DNA of 63,892 nucleotides, the filler included, from Choristocarpus tenellus KU-1152 (taxonomy: Eukaryota > Protista > Phaeophyceae), in the NCBI GenBank assembly GCA_964200185.2. It is 12 parts of 12 records of this genome, joined end to end, with 100 filler letters (N's around TTAATTAATTAA, not from the genome) between each part and the next. Parts side by side here need not be neighbours in the genome. Positions count along the whole stretch, not along the records: positions 1 to 9,670 come from CAXNAD020003485.1; positions 9,771 to 17,326 come from CAXNAD020005969.1; 10 more parts are not named here. One strand, given 5' to 3'. Both the position numbers and the translations under genes were made by a program. The notes beneath the pieces are model-generated. The model saw only the letters and a program-made list of their open reading frames with translations. It searched no databases and was not told the DNA's origin. Below, piece after piece: positions 1 through 13,200 of this stretch (the stretch's first letter is position 1; every line of letters starts with the position of its first letter).

Positions 1-186
1 TGGTGCGGGTGGGTGGTGGGGTTGGTGACGGTGCCGGTGGCGGCTGTCCATTTCGGTCCCATTTTTTCATGTCGCGATTTTTGGGTGATTTGGTTGCATG
101 CGTCCGGGATAAGGTAGTGCACTTCTACTGGTCAGAGCCCAAATGGACACCTTGGTGTAGACCCCCTCCCCCAGATACTTCAAGCC
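1..186 (-). mobile_element. MITE family A, partial copy
   Basis: Matches the ~180-bp repeat (GGCTGTCCATTT...TGCATGCGTCCGGGATAA...CAAATGGACACC...CCAGATACTT) seen at 24293-24474 and elsewhere. Confidence 0.8.
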
Positions 187-288
187 GGTCAATATCATAC
201 TCACTTAAGAACCCACCCACATTGTCTTCAGAGTAACTGGGCACACTCATAGCGTATTGTGCAGCCCTAGAGATTTTTGTGGTGCTTG

Positions 289-772
289 TGTTACAGCACG
301 CTCCAGACCTCACATCCACAGGATGTGTAACTCAAATCCAATGACCTTAAAACGACGCTATGGGGACGTTGTCCTTGGTAACAGTTTGTTGGGAGTCAGA
401 CAGCCTTACCTCGATACTCCACTCAGTGCGAAGCTCAAAGCTGGACTCAATGTTTCGTTCAAGATAAAGACTGTTTTAAGAGGGGTGATGGTTTTGATCA
501 AAAGTCCTTCTATTGTTTTCATCATCCACCCAGTTTCTTTGGTCTTATATGCAACTGCTGTATACGTACTCCAATCATAAACCTTTGTTCTGCAACTTCT
601 TAGGGACTTTGACGTTTTTTTCTGTAATGTTACGTATGCATTACGAACCTTACTCTGTATCTTCTAGGGAATCAGCATTTATTCTGTAAGGCTACCTATG
701 TGCTACTAACTCGTATACTGCTCGCGCTTGGTAGAACGCGAGAAGAAACGCTAGCGCTATTCGCCTGTAACA
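289..772. mobile_element. Solo LTR (484 bp)
   Basis: Termini are TGTTACAG...CTGTAACA with a 4-bp direct repeat CTTG on both sides. A homologous inverted copy lies at 25696-26221. Confidence 0.85.
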
Positions 773-3026
773 CTTGTGTGTTTTTTGTGTGTCTGTGTTT
801 ATCCTTCTCTCCTCCAAACACTACAGAGAAGAAAAAAAGTCGGTCTCGAGTTTGTTCGGTCTTGGTTAAACTGCGATTGAATCAAATCGAACCGATAAAA
901 TCTCTATGGTTCACAACACTGGACATTTTGCAATGGTTGTTCAGATATTCCGTTGAACGCTGACATGACTTCCTCCTTTGACAGTTGAGATAAACTCTGA
1001 CAGTCACAGGCGTACCCTACAAGATTATTGGTGCATGATTTTTCTTCTTATCAATATCTCATTTGACCACACGGCTATCCTTTCTGCAATAATCTCTCTC
1101 TAGTGGGACCGAATTGCTTGGTCAAGACTGGAAATGAGTTGGCAGGGTTCCTTCTTCTATTTCTCCCGCTGACAGTCGTCAAGAAAATCCTACTTCCTGA
1201 AGTCCCAAACGTCTTGATCTTACTAGATCCTTCCAGACGACAAGTCTAGAAAATTATATTATTCTCAGAATGTTCTCCGGAACACTGGAACCCTCATTAT
1301 TTCTGGAAAGTAGAGGTTTCATGTGAAACTCATACCTTATTTCACCATTTATCTTGTGCCTCCATTTCCCTCAATAATACAATCCATGTGTCTGCTACTG
1401 TTACTAATCCTAACAAGTTCGCAGAGCACCAGCTACGAAAAGTTGTATCATGTAGTAGGACAAAGAACAAACAAGAAGTAAAGAAAACAACAAACATAAA
1501 TAGAAAATACTATAGAAAAGAAACCCCAGATAAAAATATAACGAACACTGCAATAACTGAAGGGGTCTATATCATAAAATACACCAGCGAGATATGTAGC
1601 TATTAGAAAATAAGGCTATAGTTGAAGATGCTCTCTGACTGACATTGTAAAGCAGTAGAGAACTGAGGGAAAAATATCACGGATCTGCTAAGCCCCTCGT
1701 TTATTATATTTCAGTCACCAGACTGCTGATTATTTCTGATTATTTACAGCTAAAAGAAAAGTAGCAAACCAGATACTGATTACTCTATTGTATTTTAATT
1801 ATTTGCTTCTAATTATCAATAAGGGGACTATCCCGATCTGTGGCAGGAGGTACTTCATACTGCAATACTGCTTCTTATACTAACTATGGACTATTGCACT
1901 ACGAATAATTGTACTAACCCCCCCAGGTCCTGCCTTACTTCTCACACGTTGGGTTCAGCACCCACTCCTCATCACTCCACTCCGTTTCCGTCCTTGAATC
2001 TTCTGCTAAACCCGTCTCGAAGTTTCCGTGTCGATCTTGCATGGCGTTTTTAAGATATAGCTATAGACAGACAGGATAATAAGTACAGGTATATATATCC
2101 GTAGGCCTACCTAGGTTGTCACATGGAACTGGAGCATCAAACTAAATTTCTGTGAAAACAATTTTGAACGTGAAGGGGTTCGAACTTGAGAAACGTATGC
2201 GCGTAGCCATCGATCTCATCAATAGAAGAATTGATTGTAATATGTACGTTCCTCCAAGAATGTATACTATTCTAAAACCACATATGAACAGAACTCTTAC
2301 AGTACTAATATACACATGTGAAAACTCGTTTTTTTCATTTCATCTTTTTAGTAGGGGCAAATTTAACTTTCTACGTCGCTCTTTCCTCCACAAGTAGCGA
2401 AGTAAGTGTGTTTTGGAAAGATAATTTGGTTTGACTCAAAATATGATTGCTTTTCACAACAATATGTAATTTCCACCCCGTTTCCACAACAGTAGTATCA
2501 AAACACCCATAGCATCTTCACACCACGTGATACCTATCGAAATTAATTTTTTCGCTCATACCATCAGATGCTCGTTGCCCTCACCTTTCACCTACTGTCT
2601 CTTGAAATCTGATTTGAGGAAGAGAATGACAAAATTTACAGGCAAATGTCTACCGATCAGTTCCTTCCATAATAATACGCGAGATATATCAAGTCAAACT
2701 TAGTACTTCATCCGTAGAAATAGGAGTGAATTGGAAAAGATCGAAAAACTGGCTTATAATGGAAAATGACCAAAACTGGGTACCTCGCGTTTACATTGCC
2801 TTGGTATTAAATGGATGAAAATACTTTCAAACTGTAACATCGTTTCATTTTTGAGTTATTCTGACATTTGAATGGTTTTTCATCGGTTTTCCCTAACACA
2901 TCTTCAAAGTGTCAGAGGGCATAATAATAATAATAATAATAGTAATAGTAGTATAGTAGTAAAATAGTAAATAGGTGAATGAATGTCTTCACATTTATGA
3001 CAACTGTTACTCTTTTAGGGATTTTT

Positions 3027-3379
3027 GACTCAAAGGATGTGGGGGAGAGTGGCGGCTGTTCATTTGGGGTCAATTTTTCTCATGTCGCGAATTTTGGGTG
3101 ATGTGGTTTCATACGTCGGATGGATAATGAAAGTGCACTTTTCCTGGTTTTGATCCAAATAATGAACACCCTGGTGTAGACCCCCCCCCCCCCCCCCCCC
3201 CCCCACCCAAATGCTTTTTTCTTTTTTCCATTGTTATATTTGGTTTTTTCTTTTTACTATTCCCAAAACTTNNNNNNNNNNGGTGGTTAATGAAAGTGGC
3301 CTTTCCCTGGTTTTGATCCAAATAATGAACCCCCTGGTGTAGACCCCCCCCCCCCCCCGCCCCCGAGATACTTTGAGTC
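3027..3379 (-). mobile_element. MITE family A; two overlapping halves across a 10-N gap
   Basis: Termini are GACTCAAAG...CTTTGAGTC with TTT on both flanks; internal sequence matches other A copies. Confidence 0.8.
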
Positions 3380-3599
3380 TTTCTGACATGTGAATAGTTT
3401 GAATTGGTTTTTCCCCTGATACATCTCCAAAATGTCAGAGAGCATAATAAAATTAATAAATATGTTTTACATAGTATGTACATCCTAGTTCTGTGATAGG
3501 TGATATGAAGTTTGATTTGAAACCGTGGACGGGGTATAGAACTCATACATAAAACAATATAATACAAAGGGCATAAATAATAAAACATACACAGATCAA

Positions 3600-4420
3600 A
3601 TCCCCTCTACGACAAATAGTCTCTGTGACAACGCAGGTGGTCCTGTCTAGACGTGTCATGTGTTTTAAGCTGGAGACATCAGGGAGATGGGCAAGGAGGG
3701 GCTTGTTAGATTATTGGGATGCTTCCCTAGCTCCCCACCCTGGGGTGCAGGAATAGCTAGGTTGGAGGTACAGGAAGGCAGTGGTACAGCATACCTGGTA
3801 GGAAAATAGCAATTAGATTATTAATGGTTTTCACCTTTATGATAACCATTACATTTAAAGGTATTTTTCTGATATATATGTGAATAGTTATCATTGTTTT
3901 TTCCCCTGACACATCTGCAAAATGTCAGAGGGCATAATAATAAAATAATATTAATTTGTAGTGTACAATCTCTAGGAGAACCTTTATTGTATTGCTAGTT
4001 TTCGAATGGTACTTTTTAGATGGGTGACTTACATATTATTTTATTATTATGCCCTCTGACATTTTCCAGACGTTTCAGAGGGCAAAAGTCAAACCTATAT
4101 CGCAACGACCCCCATAAAAGTAACAGTTGTCGTAAATGTGAAAGATATCTCCCTAAAATCTATTACTATTTTATTACCAGATACTCTACAAACACTCCCT
4201 AAAAGATCGGAAACTACAATGTCATGTGTACATTGCTACTATGCCTCCAACCTAGCTTTTAGCCCTCACAACTAACTGGGCGAGGAGTTAGCGAAGCATC
4301 CCAAGAATCTGACAGGCCTCTCCTTGCCATCTGGCTGGCGTCCCCAACTTGAAATGCATGACACGTCTTGAGAGAGTCACTTGTGTAGCAATAGACACTA
4401 TCTGTCGTAACATCATAATT
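3600..4420. repeat. Diverged inverted pair (about 3600-3790 vs about 4230-4420)
   Basis: GACGTGTCATG...GATGCTTC...AGCTAGGTTGGAGG is mirrored by CCTCCAACCTAGCT...GAAGCATC...CATGACACGTC. Confidence 0.7.
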
Positions 4421-5561
4421 CACAACTGTTGTTGCACTTACAAGTATCAGCAGTAGTCTATGACATAGATCTGTTTTTTCCCTGACACATTTGCGAAATA
4501 TTAGAGGGCATAATAATAAATGCAAAACTACATATTTCAATAGAGAATGTGGATGTGGGTGAGGTTGTGGTCCATCCACACACAGTGACAGGAGAGACCT
4601 GTTCGAACCCCGGTCCTAGAGGGTATATTCTTTTCGCTCAAGATTTGACTTCCATAAACATTTATTATGAAGACTCCTCTACCTTCCTATCTTCAATTGA
4701 ACTACAAAACTGGGCGAGGGGAAAAATCTGAGTAATTGTTATGAAGATTTATTGGGGACAGAGGGAGATACACATGGCTTGAAGTAAGATTGGGTGGTTT
4801 GAAGTGACCTTACCAAACCCCCCTCGTTCAGTTTACCACTGGAACAACAGTCTTTTCCTGAGTGATTTTCTGAGGGATTGCTCTCCCTTTTTGACTTGTC
4901 TCTCTTTGATCTTGCCTCCTGTCGGCTTGTTTTTATCTGTTTGTCAACAAAACTAATATAATAATATTACTATGTATCCCTATCAAATCAATATTGACAC
5001 ATCTGTAAAATGTCAGAGGGCATAATAATATAATAATATAATATTGAGAGCATACGTTGTGTCAAGGAGAAGTTATAAAAAAACACCAGTAAAGAATAAA
5101 ATAATTATGGTTGACGTATGAGATGAACATGTTTGTCCTTTTGTCCGTCTTCGAACTGCATATTCCAAGAACTAGAAAAATAATCTGAAACAATTAGAAT
5201 GGTATTTCATAGAAGAATGTTATTTTGATGGTGTCTTGTCCAGTGTCAGTCACACTGGAAAGTTCTGAGGACAGGAATGGGTTGCTCCACGACCTAGGAA
5301 TCAGAAAACAAGACTATTGGGAGCTTAGTTATTGTGTTCGGAAAGGGGTGTACTGAATGGAAAGTAAGGCTTTCACTTTGGGGAGCTGGAACTAGTACGA
5401 CGGTAGTTGAGCACAGGCGAGGAGGTTGGTGTGAAGCCCTTACGGAGAGAATATCTTTTCATTGGTCCTTGGGCTTGCTTGCCACCTTCCACTCGAAAGT
5501 CACATTTGCCCGTAGCGGCTGGCAGTGTGACCACTTGCAGGAGACAGACTCTAGGTATAGA

Positions 5562-6938
5562 ATGACGCCAAGCCCTTATAACGAAGAGAGAGACCTCAAT
5601 GACGCTGCTGAGGCCTTGGTGGGTCTACAGGATTGCTTCAGGTACTGAGAGTCCCACCTAGAGCCCCAATTATATATATTAGATTTTAGCATTCTGAGTC
5701 ATTACATTCGTCGCCATGTTTCTCTACTGCATCGAAGCAGATGGTGGCTTGCATATATAACTTTTAGTAGGACACCTAACTTGTAAAGTGACACACCCAT
5801 GTATTCGTACCTCCTTCGAATCAGCAGGAAGAGAGATGGCATGGGCAATGGTGAACCAGTCATGCGCCCACCTATAAGACGTTCCAATGCGGAAGCCTTC
5901 GTCCTTATTCCCGCTGCGCAGCAACATGGTTTCAATCAACAAACCTCACAGTTTGACGCTGGAGTTAATCAGTTGCACTGTGGTGGAGTGTCTCAACACG
6001 GGTTTGTCCCACCACCTAATCATGTCCAGGGATGGAGAAACTTGGTCTCTTTTTCTGGGATGGATTCAACTATTACTCAATGTCAGACTCGAACTTTTAA
6101 GGGACCTGATGGAGGTATGATGAGAAGGAGTGCCAGCGATCCAACTCCTTCTCCCTCGTTGGGAAGCCTGAGGAGTCTCATTCCTGGGACCCCAAGACCG
6201 CGCAGCCCTTTGAAGGGCACAGCGCAAATGTCCACGCAGCAAGAAGATGGGGAGGAAAGGGCACAGATGATCAGGGGGAACCCGCAAGCCCTTATCCCTA
6301 CTATAGAGTGCATGTCCTCTTTCCAACAAGACGTACATGCTCCTTTGACGCACGATATGCGGTCCCGTCGCGCACGAGCCCTTGAACGTATGCGAACCAG
6401 ACGGAAAGTCACACCTACAGTGGGCAGGCAAAAACGAAAGGTTGACATCGACTACAGCAGTTGGTGCAGCTCCAATGATATCGTCCACAAACACAATATT
6501 ATGCCAATATGCAGTGAGGGTCCAAACATCAGCAGCAACAGTTATGACGATAGCTGGGGCAGCTATGGGGTATCCACGGCCAGGACCTGTGCCGAGGAAC
6601 TCAGCAACGCAACCATGATGATGACTGACGAAGCCAGCTATATGCACGTGGAACCTAAGGCGAGATTTGGAATAGAGGAGGAGACACGACAAGAGAACAA
6701 TGCAATGGTAGTGGATGTAGATAATCAATTGGATCAAGACATTGTCGAGAAGGGTGGGGTGAGACTGGTAAAGTACAAATACCGCCAAGAGGCCGCCAAG
6801 ACCAGGAAACGAACGCGTGGGCGGTTTGTCAGTGAGAAAGCACCTGCTTTCATCTCTATCACAGAGCTTATGGCGATCCGTCGTGCTGAACGCGAACGGC
6901 TTAAGCAAAATCTCACACCCTACGCTGGTATGGCATGA
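5562..6938 (+). CDS. CCT-motif (CONSTANS/CO-like/TOC1) protein, about 396 aa; exons 5562-5641 and 5828-6938
   Basis: The long ORF ends in VKYKYRQEAAKTRKRTRGRFVS, the CCT C-terminal half. An upstream exon (MTPSPYNEERDLNDAAEALVGLQDCFR) joins in phase via GTACTG...CAG. Confidence 0.8.
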
Positions 6939-9670
6939 GTGGTTTGATTTGTTGTGTAGGGTGTGATAGTGTTGGGAAGGTTGGTGACCAAAAGCAATAG
7001 GAGCATTTGTGCAGTGATGTTAGTGTGAGTGAAGTTGTATTCATCTAATAGAGTTCTAAGGAGATGCTGCTATACTGTGTAAGTAACATCTTTGATTTCA
7101 TTATTTCATGCCATATATATAGGTCAGTACATGATATGCTAGAATAGTCTCCTAATTAGCATACATATATGCCACATCACTGTTCCACATCTTGAGTTGT
7201 ATCACAGAGCTATTTAGAAAAGGTTTTTGTGTGTAGACAAGAGGCAGTGGGCCTAACGGTAGATAATTAATCGCTTGAACCTAGGTGTTCTCATACAAAA
7301 AATGCCTGTACCTCTACAAAATGTGGAATCTTTGTGATGCCACTCTTGGGCATAATTGCCTCACATTGCCATGTTATTACTTCATTAGATTTTTTCATGC
7401 TTATCCAGTGCTCATTTTGACCTTTCAATGTCCTTAGCACTTTTTTGGCTTGAAGTGGAAGAATGCCCAGCACCTGGATGCCATACTTTCTCTTGATGTG
7501 TATTTGTGTACCTCTGGAGTTGTATGTTGTGATGGCATTACAGGCTCGGAGAAGGTGCCTAACTTTACTGTGACAGGTTACAATTCAGACATCGGAAATT
7601 GGCTCTGGATAATGGATTTCGACATTGGCAGGGTAGGATGAAGACAGCACTCTTTATTAGTGAGATATACATTCAGACAATATGAAAGTACCCTGCGTAA
7701 GTACAGACTGATGTAGCCTGAAATGTGCACAACATACTCAAAATACGTTGAACAATCTCATTGTACAAGGATGACAGGCACTAATGTGAAGAGACCTAAC
7801 ACACCAGGTTTTCTTGTGTGTACGTTTATTTCTTTGACACAGCCCACACATTTTCTTCAGGAAAATTACGATATTTTATTAATAAAAAGAAGATATCACG
7901 AGCAACACAAACATAACCTCTAGGTGTTCCTCCCCTCCTCTAACCTCACAAGTGGCAAAATATGCTGGGATAGGTCCTAATCCAAGCTGATGAACAAAAA
8001 AAAATTGCTTGAAGTTTCTATGATCTGACTCGACCTGATCATTGCAGTTGGTTTCTTGAAGTCACCAGCACGTACTAATTTCAAACAGTCATGGTGATTC
8101 CCCATCTGATCCAGTACATCAAATACTTGTGCCACTGTGTGTACAACCCCAAACTCAAATGAGTCCTTGATACCGAAGTGTGCCGAGGCACCATCATATC
8201 CTCAGGAACACTTTCAGTGTGCTCTCACTCCATACCACTCGAATTATTCAGTTCCTAAGTGCCCTTCATTGCACAATTGGTGTGGGTGCTCTTGGTGCTC
8301 ACATAGAATCTTCACTGCCATGGCCCTGCATCGCTAGGAGTGCACAACCATAGGCTGCATCTGTCTTGATTGCCCTCCCTTTGAGTTGCACAAATTGGAG
8401 GGGGGCAGAGTTGCTGATGTCATCAAATAACCACATGGTTATGCATTGCTCATTGGTTGAGTAGGAGACGTCTGAGTACCAGTCTACTGGAGGGCAAAGA
8501 GTTCTGCAGTGGTAACGATCTGTGAGGGATTGTTCATCTCATATGGGGAGCGCCCTGCCGAGACCCTCCAAACTGGAGTTGACCCCAAACAATCAGAGCA
8601 GATTCAAGCAGGAGCGACCATTAGTGTGATGTACAGCACAGTAGCACAACAGGTGCAACAGCATTCACTTTGCGCTGAGCATTTAAGCACACCTGTAACT
8701 GAAATTGTGAGGCTGTTCCCGTGAACCTTCTCATCACATTTTGTGAAGAGGTGTCAGAATCTTTGTCTTTTAGGAAGCGATTCTCATGATAGATATTGCT
8801 CACTCGGTACAACAGCAAAAAAAGGGGTGGGTGGGGGGGAAACAAACCAACACCTCAACTCTTGAAATAACAACTCTTGAAATAACAACCCCCCCAATAA
8901 TTGCTTCTCCAGAACCGTTTTTGACACCTATCAACAGCATTGTTGACAAATAGTATGCCCCTGATGGGGCATGACATAAGCACAGGTTATACTTGACTAT
9001 ACCTTGGGAGTATAAATGATATGAAGTACGTGCAATGCTTCCTTTTAAACTGTTTGCGTCCATATATATCAGCGGTGCAATATAGATGGGAATGAAATGC
9101 ATCCACTCAGCCCACTCATCCCATTCTTGTCCTCAATTGTCTGAATGGCTACGACCACCTGCTTTTCTGAGGAATGAGGTTCAGCTCTCGAGTTCTTTTT
9201 CAATCAATCTCGAGCCAAATTGAAACTGAAGCAATTCACAGGAGCTTTTGCCCAAAATAGGAAATCTGCTGTAATGCCACCAAATTAATCCATCTGGGCT
9301 CTTTCCCATGATAATTTTTTGCTTAGCAATAAATACCACAGTAGTATACTTCCATCACCACCAGAGAACTACTCGAGTAGTGTGGACAAAAAAAAAGAAG
9401 ATTCTAGTGCCTACCAACCTACCTGTTGGCACTCCCAGAATGCGCTCTCGCAGAAGATTCCACGTTGGGTTTGCTGCCCCCCCCCCCGCCGTTGCAACGC
9501 GCTGTAGCTTTGTCGCCCCAAGCGCCTCCAGGGCAGTGTAACCTCTCTTCTCCACCCTGACACCAAGAGACACAGGTATCAGACACAGAATACAAGCTGA
9601 TGGAAAAAAAATCGAAAAAAAAAAAAACGACAGACCCAGCGACACCGATCGGGGGGGGGGGAGAGTAATA

Positions 9671-9770
9671 NNNNNNNNNNNNNNNNNNNNNNNNNNNNNN
9701 NNNNNNNNNNNNNNTTAATTAATTAANNNNNNNNNNNNNNNNNNNNNNNNNNNNNNNNNNNNNNNNNNNN
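9671..9770. other. Artificial contig-joining linker (N run + TTAATTAATTAA + N run); also at about 17327, 20414, 25434, 32062, 36568, 41323, 46125, 53707, 56592 and 61156
   Basis: The same 12-mer, with stops in all six frames, is centred in about 100 bp of N eleven times. Adjacency across linkers is not biological. Confidence 0.97.
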
Positions 9771-9819
9771 CCTCAAATGGACGCGGCTCTACCCTCTAAG
9801 ATACTTTGGCTCAGGATGA

Positions 9820-10880
9820 TGGCAAGGAAGGTGAAGATGGGTCGCTTGCTGGAGGAAGACCATCATACCACTACCCATCACTCACTGCATAGATCATTTT
9901 TGAAGTGTATACCTGGTGTAACGTTCAACGGTACAGAGTTTAGAATGCTATGAAAGCACATCAGGCAGCTGTTGGGGCCTATTCCAAGCCCAGTCAGGGT
10001 AAAGAACAGACAGCCCAGAGGGTTTGGGTGGAAGCAGGTCCTGACTACTTGTGCCCTGACCCCAGAACCCAACTCCTCAAAGGATTCCCGAAATAAGCAA
10101 AGAGACATTTGGGGGCAGGTGGTGTTGGAAGTTCTAGCCATTGTGGAGAAGGAGCAGAGTGAAAGTATCTTGGGGGGTAGAGCCACGTCCATGTAATTTT
10201 GACTATCGTGTTTGTTAGGAAGTGTCAATATCCTTGTTCTGGACACACCTTTTCATAACGTAGACGTTTTACCTCCTCTAAAACATTTTGGATTAGGAAA
10301 ATGTCAAGAAGAAACTGTGGTAAGCCAAGCCCTCAAAAGGACAAACGCAGTAAAACTCGTTCCCTCTAAGATACTTACACTCAGCACAGAGCACAGAGGA
10401 GGTAGAGAATGATTTCCCTGTGGTGGAACCAAGCCTATTCCCACGTACTACCCATCCTGGGCAAGGGCAGCGCTCCCATAAATGGCAGAAAGTGTTTATA
10501 AAAAGAGCTTCCCTTGTAATATGTGGAGAGAGTTCAACTGTTGGTTGTGGGCTGATAGAACATATGGTCAGAGAGCACATGAAGGAAGCAGCATGTCTCG
10601 AGATCGATGCTTTCTACGTTGCATGAAAAATCCCACTAATCGATTCTGTAATAACGACAGTGGAGCTTACAACAACTTGCTTTGGCAGTGAAGGAGATAA
10701 ACATTTTCGGACCAGACTAAACTTGCTTGCGGCATTTTGGCCATTCCTGTTAAGCAGGCAGACTAAGAGCACATGTTCTCGACAGCTGGGAATATTACGA
10801 CGTTGAAGCGGAGCAGACTGGACCCAGAAAATGTGCAACTCCTTGTCTTCCCGTGCAACAATACCTTGAAGGTGGGTGGA
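9820..10880 (+). pseudogene. hAT transposase remnant interrupted by a MITE
   Basis: LACGILAIPVKQAD*EHMFSTAGNITTLKRSRLDPENVQLLVF matches the hAT C-terminal dimerisation motif. A frameshifted (L)DPRT motif lies at about 10055; stops are present. Confidence 0.75.
10157..10382 (+). mobile_element. MITE family B, complete copy; partial copies at 9771-9812, 17136-17305 and 41131-41289
   Basis: TIR is GAGTGAAAGTATCTT...AAGATACTTACACTC with AGC(A) repeated on the flanks; shared internal ATCCTTGTTCTGGACACACCTTTT. Confidence 0.85.
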
Positions 10881-12323
10881 TGGAAGGCTGCCAGGAAAGT
10901 CGAAGAGAGGATACCACCTGAAGACTGTAGCAGCTACACTACCAGCACTGTATAGCCACACATGCATAGATAAACAGAAGGACGTTTAAACCAAACATCT
11001 CATTCCATATGCTCCTCTTGACAACTCTCCAGCCCCTCTTTCTTCTGCAAAGCAAATATATATATAAAATTTTCCCACACACCACATCATAGAGTGCCTA
11101 ATCGTCGGAAAAGAGCACACAAATGTGCAGTACCACAGAGGATACCGCGAATACAGTAATAGTACTCTTTATTTGTTGCGAGAAGTGCTGTCCTTATACA
11201 CCAACAGTGGTTGTTTTATCAATCCACATTTTCTGTGTACTAGCTAATCAAAAAAATCATCCTCCATTGTTATGTTTGTTTAAGGGTCAATTGTGGCAGA
11301 TTGCATGACAAGCCATGAAGATATGTCCTAAGGGCAATGATGCTGTCATGAGCTTGCGGGAAATGATACGTGGTTGGTGCAAGGTTTGTGTGTGGAATTA
11401 GTTAGCATGTGTTTGTCTAGTGTTATAAATCGAACGAATTTGTGGGTGTAAGTTGAATCGACTCTCACTTTTATGATCTTGATTAAAATCCAACTGTGCG
11501 CTTTGTGCACGTGTTGAGATGGCAGTGCTGTGCGGCAATCTGGTCCCTCAGTTGGCGAGAGGCCACGCTGGAGGCAAATAGGTTTTACCTACGACAGGTG
11601 CAAAAGGTCAGTGCGCATGAAAAATGAAAAATACATGACATATATACTGTGCAGGTCCGAGAAACATGCACATTAGTTCCTCCACTATTTCCTCTGCCCC
11701 CCCCATCAAATATGAGTCGAGAATAAGTTTGTATCTGTGACGAGTCTTGCACCTGATGCATGGCTCTCTTTACGTATCTTCCAACCAAAACACCACAACA
11801 AGGGGAGGTAGAGTACTCAACTCCACACTGAACGTGTGAGGGGAAGAAACGTCTGGATGAACGGGGAATAGAAGAAAATTGGGCAGTCTATCCCCCTAGA
11901 ATCGACCTTGGTAGTCGCGCGCTGGGTGGAGGAGGTAGCTGTCTGTGGCGGAGCTAAGAGCAGGGGACTGCACTTGCGATTTGGAGAATAATAGGTGAGA
12001 GGCACTGTGTCGAGATACCAACCACATTCATGGAGAACATGGGAGAGGAGTCAGTTAGCCGTCCATATGACGTGAAATGGTATGGTGGCAAATTGCGAAA
12101 TGTCCAGCTTGCTGCAGACCGCTACAATAACCAGAAGAGAGCACCTCTGCACAGCTGGTTCTGAAAAACAAGTTGATAAAGCTATCTAGACAGGGCAGGG
12201 GGTGGTCTATTCCTTTTCTCTCATTTGTGACGTTTCCTTTCTTAATACATTTCTTCCTGTAAATAGTACGTATTGTGCTGAACAAGTTGCACATGACAGT
12301 GTGGGGGGTGCTTGTAAGAATTT

Positions 12324-12581
12324 GAACCAAACCAATTGAGAGGTAAGCAGGTTTGGACCCTTTTGCATTCTGACCCGTCTTTCTTACACTATGCAATACA
12401 CAATATTACATTGCTTTATGTGTACAACAGTGTATGCAAAGTTGACACCCCCCGTTCCACACACAAGGTGACACCACGATTAAGCAAAGGCTTTTTCTGT
12501 AATTGTTCGAAATGGCGTATTTTTGCATTTTCTTAGGATTCCTATAATGCAATCCCGTCTACCTCTCAATTCATTTGGCTC
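12324..12581 (+). mobile_element. MITE family D; also at 19792-20046, 37066-37319 and 59081-59303
   Basis: TIR is GA(G/A)YCAAAC...GAGAGGTARGCAGG / CTACCTCTCA...TTTGRCTC. Three copies have 3-bp flanking repeats (TTT, TGT, ATT). Confidence 0.85.
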
Positions 12582-12789
12582 TTTATTCCATTCTTCATAT
12601 TCATATAACTGCATTTTATTTCCTCCTCTTGATCTAGTTGATGCCTTTCAGCTTAACAATTTAATCCATTGTAATCATCTCCTTGAGTCATGCAATTTGT
12701 TCATTGTACACAGTGACTTCTTTGTGCAATTGTGTGAAAGTTTGTCCGGTGTTGTGTAGACATTGTGATCAGATCTGTGCCTTCTCCTG

Positions 12790-13200
12790 TGGTATATGTG
12801 CAATTTACCTTGGGAGATAATGCTATTTATCAGTAGTGAAGACAAAAAGGTGTGAAGCTTCACACGGTTCCCCATTGCTGAACGTGATTACATGGTTGAA
12901 ATTAGAAGAGTGACCTTTGTGGGGTGTCTTCTCATTGCTTGTATATTATTATTTTTTGCCTCATACATAAGTCCATGGTTATGTCAAAGTAGTTGAATGC
13001 AGAACAAAAACCCTTACATAATCGAATTCATAATCCGGATGTACTATCTCATATTAGTTACATCTCTCGTACACAAAATAAGGTATACCTCACTATTATC
13101 CTATTTTGAACAGTATAGTCTTTCATACACACCATTCTTGGTGTATTTTCTGCAGCGACTTCACGTCTCCAACATTTTCTGGTTAAGAGACTATTTTAAC
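12790..13200 (+). repeat. Dispersed repeat, unclassified; inverted copy at about 61600-62025
   Basis: The block AAGGTGTGAAGC...GTGATTACATGGTTGAAATTAGAAGAGTGACCTTTGTGGGG...TGTCAAAGTAGTTGAATGCAGAA is shared. Confidence 0.8.

Larger units (their letters stand above)
2860..5040. repeat. Cluster of six short copies of a hairpin + (ATA)n-tailed repeat resembling a SINE/LINE 3' end
   Basis: CCCTGACACATCTGCAAAATGTCAGAGGGCATAATAATAA variants at about 2891, 3414, 3904, 4035-4085 (minus), 4480 and 4995. A diverged copy lies at about 38155-38205 (minus). Confidence 0.75.

Noticed and set aside
2860-5040. Spaced hairpin repeats as a CRISPR-like array
   Set aside because: Spacing is irregular (hundreds of bp), orientation is mixed and copies are divergent; they fit retroposon tails better.
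6066-6908. 280-aa minus-strand ORF
   Set aside because: Shadow of the CCT gene; no motif.
9715-9726. Regularly recurring TTAATTAATTAA palindrome
   Set aside because: Always embedded in N runs; a synthetic six-frame-stop linker.
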